From positions 16,786 to 80,785 of the forward strand of contig MFCV01000044.1 in the NCBI GenBank assembly GCA_001777015.1: DNA of 64,000 bases, written 5' to 3'. The stretch's first letter is position 1; each line of letters begins with the position of its first letter. The stretch comes from Candidatus Daviesbacteria bacterium RIFCSPHIGHO2_02_FULL_36_13. Lineage in GTDB: Bacteria; Patescibacteriota; Microgenomatia; Daviesbacterales; UBA10151. Shown in pieces: positions 57,478 through 64,000 of this stretch. The notes beneath the pieces are model-generated. The model saw only the letters and a list, made by a program, of their open reading frames with translations, was not told the origin of the DNA and did not search any database. Position numbers and translations under genes: made by a program.

Positions 57478-59955
57478 TTATACCCCACCCAGAAATCTTT
57501 TAATTCCTTCTGCGTCTCTTTTTAACCACTCAGCATTAGAATAAATTTGCTCTAAGGCTTGAGCTATAGTTCTTTCTGCCTCAGGGGTAGGATTTTTCTT
57601 AACAAAGGATTCTATATCTTTGGCATCTGATACTTTTGTGAATTCGGATGCCGGCCCAAAAACTCTGGTAAAGTAGTGTCCTCCTGCATATCTTTCTTTA
57701 AGCATTTTCCAATTTTTCTTTACAAACTCCCAGGCTAAATATCTACCCTCTGGATTTCCCCAAACTGAGGCTATAATTCCTAAAGTATTTTGGAATCTAA
57801 CATCTTTAGATATGGCAAAATCCAGGGACTTCTGGAGAATAGTTTTTTGTTTAAATAATCCAAGTGATCTTCCTAATCTATCTTTCTCCTGCTGATTCTC
57901 CTCGGATTTATACATCTTAACCAGCTCATCCCATTCCTTTTGGGATCCATTGGCTGCCACTAAATTATAAACTACTCCTCTTAGATCTGGTTCCACTTTC
58001 CCACCAAATAATTCTTGAGCCTTCCCAATCACCTCTTTATCACCAAAACTGCCTAATTTATATAAAACCATGGACCTAAGCAAAGAATCTGTGTGTTTTT
58101 CTCCTTTTTTCTTTTCCCATCCCATTTTTTTAGCTATGAGAGAATATATTTCTCTTCCATATTTTTGAAATTCAGGATAAAAACTCTCTAAAGCTAATAA
58201 ATTAGCCACCTTGGATATTTGTCCTGTAAGCTCACCCCAAACCGTATAGTCCGTCTCTCCAGTATAACTTTGAGCCAATTCTAAAGCCAAAGTTGTAGGA
58301 GAATTTCCAGCTTGAGCCAAATCAAAACTATCTCTTATTAGTCCTAGCCTATCGGGAGCAGATAATCTTCCAGATTTTACATCTTCCTCTAAACTTTTAA
58401 GATATTTTTGTGGATAATCTACTCTTACTAAAGAAACTTCTCCTTCATTTAGTTTTCCAGACCCTTTCCAATCCATAGTCTTCTTATCCATTAATTTCCC
58501 ATTAATAGGAATACTCCAAATTGTTGAATCTTTTGATTTATTTTTGGAAATTGGACTGATAAAAAATCTGGATTGGATCAGTTTTCCATCAGTCACCGTT
58601 ACCAATGGATGTCCAGGTTTTGATGTCCAATTAGCCATAATCTTACCTACTGGTTTACCGCTAACTTCTTCCAAGGCTTTCCAAAGATCCTCAGTTGAAG
58701 CATTGGCATAAGCATGCCTTTTTAAGTAGTGCCTAAGTCCATCTCTGAAATCTTTCTCACCTAAATATTTCCAAAGCATTCTTAAAACAGAAGCTCCTTT
58801 GGAATATGAAATCCTGTCAAATATCTCAGAAATTTCTGCTGGATCCCCTACTTCTACCTCTATTGGATGAGTATTGGCTAAAGCATCTAAAGAAAAAGCA
58901 TCTGCCAGTTCTGTTCCTGCAAATTGTGTCCAGATATCATACTCTGGGAATATCTCATCAATTGCTAAATATTCAATAAAGCTTGCAAACCCCTCATTTA
59001 ACCAAAGATGAGTCCACCACTCCATGGTTACTAAATTCCCAAACCACTGGTGAGCCAATTCGTGTGCTATAACCATAGCCACCCACTGCTTATTAGCAGA
59101 AGATGACTTTTCCTCATCAATAAGTAGGGTTGATTCCCTATAAGTGACTGCACCCCAATTTTCCATGGCTCCTGCAGCAAAATCAGGAATAGCTATCATG
59201 TCTAAAACTGGCAAAGGATAATCAATATCAAAATACTCCTCATAGAACTTCATACATTTCACTGCCACATCAAGAGCAAATTTAGCTTGATCTTTCTTGC
59301 CTGGGGTTGTAAACACCCGAACCATAGTATTGGAACGAAGTGGGGCCTCAATAGATTCAAACTCCCCTACAATAAAAGCCAAAAGATATGTAGACATCTT
59401 TGGAGTTGGGGCAAACTTAACTATTTTGAGACCAGATTCATGCTCTTTTACACTAGATTCAATCGTATTAGAAATAGCAGTAGTGTGACCTGGAATCATT
59501 AAAGTGACATCAAAAATAGCTTTTTGAGAGGGCTCATCAAAACTTGGAAAAGCGCGTCTTGCATCTGTTGATTCAAATTGAGTTGTAGCTAAATGTTTCT
59601 CATCTCCATATTTACTCCTATAAAAACCTCTCATTTTGTCATTTAGGATTCCTTTAAAGGTAATCTTTAGTTCCCCTTTCCCTGATTTCAAACTTTTAGG
59701 GAAAGCTAGGGTGGCTGTTTCTGCTTTTTTGTTATATGAGATCTTACCTGCCCAATTCTCTTGTCCAGAATGCACCCATTCAGCAGATTGAATATCAATT
59801 TCAGCAGAATGAAGGGTAATTTCCTTGGTGGGTTTGGATAAAACCAACTCTATTGTCTCTTCCCCTTCAAAAGAAAATCCAATCAGATCTGGTTTAAGAA
59901 AAATTTCATATCTTTCAGGCTTAACATGAGCAGGAAGTCTGACATTTTTCTTCAT
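57478..59955 (-). CDS. pepN: M1-family aminopeptidase N
   Basis: GAMENWG, HELAHQWFGNLVT..WW..LWLNEGFA, ISYSKG. Confidence 0.96.
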   Translation of the reverse strand: MKKNVRLPAHVKPERYEIFLKPDLIGFSFEGEETIELVLSKPTKEITLHSAEIDIQSAEWVHSGQENWAGKISYNKKAETATLAFPKSLKSGKGELKITFKGILNDKMRGFYRSKYGDEKHLATTQFESTDARRAFPSFDEPSQKAIFDVTLMIPGHTTAISNTIESSVKEHESGLKIVKFAPTPKMSTYLLAFIVGEFESIEAPLRSNTMVRVFTTPGKKDQAKFALDVAVKCMKFYEEYFDIDYPLPVLDMIAIPDFAAGAMENWGAVTYRESTLLIDEEKSSSANKQWVAMVIAHELAHQWFGNLVTMEWWTHLWLNEGFASFIEYLAIDEIFPEYDIWTQFAGTELADAFSLDALANTHPIEVEVGDPAEISEIFDRISYSKGASVLRMLWKYLGEKDFRDGLRHYLKRHAYANASTEDLWKALEEVSGKPVGKIMANWTSKPGHPLVTVTDGKLIQSRFFISPISKNKSKDSTIWSIPINGKLMDKKTMDWKGSGKLNEGEVSLVRVDYPQKYLKSLEEDVKSGRLSAPDRLGLIRDSFDLAQAGNSPTTLALELAQSYTGETDYTVWGELTGQISKVANLLALESFYPEFQKYGREIYSLIAKKMGWEKKKGEKHTDSLLRSMVLYKLGSFGDKEVIGKAQELFGGKVEPDLRGVVYNLVAANGSQKEWDELVKMYKSEENQQEKDRLGRSLGLFKQKTILQKSLDFAISKDVRFQNTLGIIASVWGNPEGRYLAWEFVKKNWKMLKERYAGGHYFTRVFGPASEFTKVSDAKDIESFVKKNPTPEAERTIAQALEQIYSNAEWLKRDAEGIKRFLGGV

Positions 59956-59976
59956 GGGCTGAGTTTATATTAAAAA

Positions 59977-60636
59977 CTATTTTGGAGCAAGCATAAAAAA
60001 AGGATCATCAGGAACTTCTTCAAGTACCTTTAACCATGAAGGTATTTCATGTGTGTACCAAGTCCAATGGGAAAGTATACGAATGGATTTTTTTGTTGAA
60101 AGATCCTGCAACACCCCGAGTACTTCTTCAAGTGTCTCAGAAGATAAAGAATTGTATATGTAAAATACTGTACCATCAGTTAAATCTTGCTCTGCGACAT
60201 TCCCCTGTATAAATTCTGCATTTGGTAATTCAAGGCGTCTTTGTGCACTTTGTGCAACTTCCACACGGGGTTGTACTATCTCAATCCCTTTCCATCTTGC
60301 ATCTGTTGTAAGAGCACCATATAAACAAAATCTACCATAACCACTTCCTAAATCATAAACGACATCTGAAGAATCCGGATTTATCCACCTAACACCCTGA
60401 CGGATAAGATTATAATCTGTACCCTGATATAGTACATACTCATTTCTCCCTTCGGGTGTAAGAATATACGACTTCCCTGCAAAGGATTCTTGATCATCAC
60501 CTAAAGGAGGTAAACCTAGTACTTCATCAATAGAGTGAACATCTAGGAGTTCTTCATCACCATGCATTGTTGCAAACATTCTACGAATTGGAGAATCTGG
60601 AATGCTTCTTTGAATTTCTGGCTTTCTATCAATCAT
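59977..60636 (-). CDS. SAM-dependent methyltransferase (DOT1-like pattern)
   Basis: DVVYDLGSGYGR, KGIEIV, FIQGN, VFYIYNS. Confidence 0.75.
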   Translation of the reverse strand: MIDRKPEIQRSIPDSPIRRMFATMHGDEELLDVHSIDEVLGLPPLGDDQESFAGKSYILTPEGRNEYVLYQGTDYNLIRQGVRWINPDSSDVVYDLGSGYGRFCLYGALTTDARWKGIEIVQPRVEVAQSAQRRLELPNAEFIQGNVAEQDLTDGTVFYIYNSLSSETLEEVLGVLQDLSTKKSIRILSHWTWYTHEIPSWLKVLEEVPDDPFFMLAPK

Positions 60637-60692
60637 ATTAATAGAGCATTATAGAAAATAAGCTTATAGAAAGCAAAAGATACTTTATTTGT

Positions 60693-60706
60693 CCCACGGC
60701 CGTGGG
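60693..60706. repeat. perfect palindrome downstream of the PaaX-like gene
   Basis: CCCACGGCCGTGGG. Confidence 0.75.
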
Positions 60707-60716
60707 CTGTTTGTGA

Positions 60717-61211
60717 TTATCCAACATTCTCTGATTCCACCACCATTACCCAATCCTCTATTCCAGTTTTCCTTATAAAATCTCTTAGAAGTTTTGTACA
60801 ATTTACCTTTGAAGCCCAAACACTTTGCTGCCATTGTTTAAATCCTAACTGTTTCAGTTTATACCTTAATAAATCTCTGGCAGCTCTTCTTTTCTCTGGG
60901 ATATCCCAGATTACTAATCTCCACTTTCCATCCCACTTTTCCTCCCCCAACCCCATTTTCTTCCATAAAGCTCTATCTCTCCCAGAATCTGTTAATCTAA
61001 ATATTAACTCTTTATCACTTATAAGTTCCACTAAACCATTTTCTCTGAGTCTCTTAACCGCTTGAGAAAGTTCAGATTTTTTGAGATCTCTGCCAACCAT
61101 CATGGGGTGGTATGCAAAATCCTCAAATCTTATGTACCCATCAATAGATTTTTCTAAAACAAGAAGAGTAAAATCAGTTAAGAACCTTTTCTTACTAGGA
61201 GGTCTCGACAT
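60717..61211 (-). CDS. PaaX-like transcriptional regulator (wHTH plus Cas2-like domain)
   Basis: RL.ENGLV...RLTDSG, WDGKWRLVIWDIPEKRR..RD.LR.KLKQLGF..WQQSVW. Confidence 0.85.
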   Translation of the reverse strand: MSRPPSKKRFLTDFTLLVLEKSIDGYIRFEDFAYHPMMVGRDLKKSELSQAVKRLRENGLVELISDKELIFRLTDSGRDRALWKKMGLGEEKWDGKWRLVIWDIPEKRRAARDLLRYKLKQLGFKQWQQSVWASKVNCTKLLRDFIRKTGIEDWVMVVESENVG

Positions 61212-61217
61212 GTTATA

Positions 61218-61247
61218 ACAAATGTACCACGGCCGGAGGACATTTGT
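61218..61247. promoter_or_regulatory. related palindrome upstream of the PaaX-like gene
   Basis: ACAAATGT-ACCACGGCCGGAGG-ACATTTGT. Confidence 0.7.
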
Positions 61248-61306
61248 ACAGATAATATCAACTTCCCTTTCCCCCTGAACTTAAAGTTGATATAATGCTT
61301 TAGTTC

Positions 61307-61406
61307 GCCGAGGTGATGGAATGGGTTTAAATGTCTAAACGATATTTAAACGGGTTGCAACCATAAAAAAGTAACCATAAAATAATGAAGCAACCCCGGA
61401 AGACAT
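61307..61406 (+). pseudogene. tRNA-Leu-like 5' fragment interrupted by two hairpins
   Basis: GCCGAGGTGATGGAATGG, then hairpins, then AGACAT; follows TGaTATAAT at 61288-61296. Confidence 0.45.
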
Positions 61407-61489
61407 GCTCAGGTGGCGGAATGGTATACGCGATAGTCTCAAAAACTATTGGTCGCAAGGCCTTGAGAGTTCGACTCTCTCCCTGAGCA
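61407..61489 (+). tRNA. tRNA-Leu (CAA)
   Basis: acceptor GCTCAGG/CCTGAGC-A, anticodon arm ATAGT-CTCAAAA-ACTAT, long variable arm, GTTCGACT T-loop; CCA not encoded. Confidence 0.95.
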
Positions 61490-61514
61490 CATTTTCCCAT
61501 GTTATACTTATTTC

Positions 61515-62063
61515 ATGGCTAATTTTAGACTGGAAGATGATACTAAAGAAAGATTATCCCTTTTAATTAAAGAAAGATTTCCCTGGCTTTTAATTGGCCT
61601 TATTGGTGGGATCTTAGCCACTCTTTTAATGAGTAATTTTGAGGAAACTTTATCCAAAAATTTATCCCTGGCCTTTTTCTTACCTGTAATTATTTATATG
61701 TCAGATGCCATAGGAACTCAAACAGAAAATATATATGTCAGAAATTTAAGTAAGTTCAAAGACAATTTTTGGAAATATTTAGGAAAAGAGATATTTATTG
61801 GTTTAAGCTTTGGAATTATTTTTGGCCTTTTACTAAGCCTTTTTGCCAACTTTTGGCTTGGAGATATAAATGTTGCCAAAACTGTAGGTTTGGCTATGCT
61901 TATAAATGGCACCATAGCTCCAGTTGTAGCTCTAATTGTGCCTGAAATTATCTTTAAAGAACATTCTGACCCGGCTTTAGGTGCAGGACCATTTACCACA
62001 GTAATTCAGGATTTAATATCTCTCTCAATCTACCTTCTGGTAGCCTCTATAATAATCTTCTAG
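61515..62063 (+). CDS. MgtE-type magnesium transporter (membrane domain only)
   Basis: RFPWL, F.P.I..M...IGTQT, DPALGAGPFTTVIQD. Confidence 0.88.
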   Translation: MANFRLEDDTKERLSLLIKERFPWLLIGLIGGILATLLMSNFEETLSKNLSLAFFLPVIIYMSDAIGTQTENIYVRNLSKFKDNFWKYLGKEIFIGLSFGIIFGLLLSLFANFWLGDINVAKTVGLAMLINGTIAPVVALIVPEIIFKEHSDPALGAGPFTTVIQDLISLSIYLLVASIIIF

Positions 62064-63391
62064 GCTGCTGCAGGAGCTTTTCTGGCTTTTTCCATTCCAT
62101 AAAACTTTGTCCTGTCAGCTCTAAAGACTAAATTAATTTCTCCCACTGGTCCATTTCTGTGTTTTTGAATATCTAGAGTAACTTCTTCCATTTTTTCTGG
62201 GTCTTCCCTATAAATAAACATAACCACATCAGCATCCTGCTCAATGGCTCCTGATTCTCTTAAATCAGCCAGCTGAGGCTTTCTGGTTCCTCTGGCCTCA
62301 ACAGATCTATTAAGCTGAGAGAGGGCCAAAACTGGAATTTTTAATTCCCTAGCTAAATTTTTAAGCTGTTGGGAAATTTCTGAAACTTCCTGCACCCTGT
62401 TTTCTAAATTTCTTCCCTTAATAAGCTGAAGATAGTCCACAATTAAAAACTTCAATCCATGCTCAACCTGCAGTCTTCTGGCTTTGGTCCTCATCTCAGA
62501 AATAGTAATTCCTGGAGTATCATCAATAAAAATAGGAGCTTCAGCCAACTCTCCCATAGCAAGCGATAATTTATCAAAATCCCTTTCATCTAATCTTCCG
62601 GTCTTTAACTTCCAGGCATCAATATCAGCCTGCCCAACTAAAAGCCTATCCACCAACTCCTCCTGACTCATTTCCAAAGAAAAAATCCCTACAGGCAGTC
62701 CAGCTGAAACAGCTACATATTGAGCTATGTTTAAAGCCATGGAAGTCTTACCTTGTCCAGGTCTAGATGCAAGAATAATTAAATTGGAATTTTGCATTCC
62801 TGCTAACTTAGAATCCAAATCCCGAAAGCCTGTTGGCACTCCTCTGAGTTTACCTGATGATTTCTGAAGCTCATCAAGACGGTCAAAACTTTGAGTTAAG
62901 GCATCTTTAATTGGTAAAAAATCTCTGGATACATTATCTTGAGAAAGAGAAAATATACCTGCTTCAGCAGATTCTAAAAGCTCCTCAACAGTTTCTCCTT
63001 CATCATAAGCTTTTTCAATCAGTCGAGTAGCTTGGGTAATCAGGCTTCGCCTGACTGCATGACCTTTGATAATTTTGGCATAATGTTCAATGTGAGCTGA
63101 AGTTGGCACAACATTTACTAGTGTTGTTAAATAAGCAGATCCCCCGACTTTATCATAAAAACCTTTTCTTTTTAGCTCTTCTGTCACAGTCACTAAATCA
63201 ATCGGCTCTCTTTTTTCAAATAAAGACTGAACAGCTTCAAATATAGGTCCGTGCTGTTCTGTTCTGTAAAAATTAGAAGGGTGTAGAATTTCTGAAATTC
63301 TGACTATTGAATCTTTATCAATTAAAAGCGCCCCTAAAAGGGACTGCTCTGCCTCTATGTTTTGTGGAGGAAGTTTTGTTGGACTAACCAT
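62060..63391 (-). CDS. dnaB: replicative DNA helicase
   Basis: PPQNIEAEQS, ASRPGQGKT, FSLEM, VDYLQL, LSQLNR, DLRESGAIEQDAD. Confidence 0.98.
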   Translation of the reverse strand: MVSPTKLPPQNIEAEQSLLGALLIDKDSIVRISEILHPSNFYRTEQHGPIFEAVQSLFEKREPIDLVTVTEELKRKGFYDKVGGSAYLTTLVNVVPTSAHIEHYAKIIKGHAVRRSLITQATRLIEKAYDEGETVEELLESAEAGIFSLSQDNVSRDFLPIKDALTQSFDRLDELQKSSGKLRGVPTGFRDLDSKLAGMQNSNLIILASRPGQGKTSMALNIAQYVAVSAGLPVGIFSLEMSQEELVDRLLVGQADIDAWKLKTGRLDERDFDKLSLAMGELAEAPIFIDDTPGITISEMRTKARRLQVEHGLKFLIVDYLQLIKGRNLENRVQEVSEISQQLKNLARELKIPVLALSQLNRSVEARGTRKPQLADLRESGAIEQDADVVMFIYREDPEKMEEVTLDIQKHRNGPVGEINLVFRADRTKFYGMEKARKAPAAA

Positions 63392-63397
63392 AATGTA

Positions 63398-63428
63398 AAT
63401 TTCTAATTTCTAATTTCTAATTTCTAAT
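63398..63428. repeat. 7-bp tandem repeat (AATTTCT)x4
   Basis: four direct units; an inverted TAGAAATT unit at 63441. Confidence 0.85.
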
Positions 63429-63464
63429 ATTTAGAGCACTTAGAAATTAGGTTAATTAGATTAA

Positions 63465-64000
63465 TTAGGTTTTATTTAAAACCACCACTAGTGGTTCCTC
63501 GGGCAGTTTATCTCTAGTAATTGACAGCTTTGGAACTGGAGTCACTCCCTCTGCTCCCATTTCTTTCAAAAAAGCTTCAACGCCTTCCAGTTCAAATTTA
63601 AGCCCTTCTATTTTGAAATGCATTGGAATTATAATTCTTGGTTCAAGCTGAGCCACAATCCCAGCAGCAGCTTTTCCATCTATTGTAAAAATGGAACCTA
63701 CAGGAATAAGCAAAATATCTACCTCACCAATTTTTGCCAGCTGGTCTTCTGTTAATTCACTCTGACCTAAATCACCTAAATGCACAATATTTAAAGAATC
63801 CATCATTATATGAAAGATAATATTTGTTCCTCTTTCAGATCCTTGGGAATTATCATGAAAGGAATCTATTCCTGTAACCACTGCTCCAGCAACTTCATAC
63901 TCTCCTGGCTCTTTAAATACCATAGGAGCTGCCCCACTAACTGATTCAGTTACCGCTGATCCATTGCTATGATCTTCATGTTCATGAGAAATAAGCACCA
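63465..64000 (-). CDS. metallo-beta-lactamase-fold hydrolase (start lies beyond window end)
   Basis: SHEHEDH, PGEYE, HLGDLG, IIIPMH. Confidence 0.88.
   Translation of the reverse strand, partial: VLISHEHEDHSNGSAVTESVSGAAPMVFKEPGEYEVAGAVVTGIDSFHDNSQGSERGTNIIFHIMMDSLNIVHLGDLGQSELTEDQLAKIGEVDILLIPVGSIFTIDGKAAAGIVAQLEPRIIIPMHFKIEGLKFELEGVEAFLKEMGAEGVTPVPKLSITRDKLPEEPLVVVLNKT

Noticed and set aside
60717-61211. Cas2 / CRISPR system
   Set aside because: No repeat-spacer array or other cas gene in the window; the wHTH plus WDGKWR pattern fits PaaX-like regulators.

Overview
AT-rich bacterial chromosome segment, genetic code 11. Gene content and style (type IV pilus cluster, Mur ligases, many ORFans, mostly SD-less starts) fit a CPR/Patescibacteria genome, probably Microgenomates; this is an inference. 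The backbone carries pilins, pilD/C/T/B, holB, gyrB, gyrA, murC/D/F/I, a FemAB-family enzyme, def, a P-type ATPase, one Xer recombinase, ruvC, yebC, tgt, a two-component pair, dksA, lgt, galU, efp, pepN, tRNA-Leu(CAA) and dnaB. The main feature is a complete diversity-generating retroelement (42.4-45.2 kb): RT, Avd, a 126-nt TR, and a VR differing from TR at 16 positions, all TR adenines. Two things about it are unusual. avd is inverted, back-to-back with RT and convergent on TR. A (CA)11 microsatellite just after the probable avd start codon puts avd out of frame, suggesting a slipped-strand ON/OFF switch on the DGR. Other signals: an 892-bp toxin-antitoxin module integrated into dksA with a replacement 3' end; two regulator genes each bracketed by its own palindrome; a symmetric dif-like site in a hairpin-rich 1-kb non-coding region; REP-like palindromes inside housekeeping genes; a pilin with a tandemly repeated cleavage motif; a cohesin/dockerin-like surface cluster; and many leaderless-type promoters. 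All calls come from reading the sequence by eye; no searches were run.
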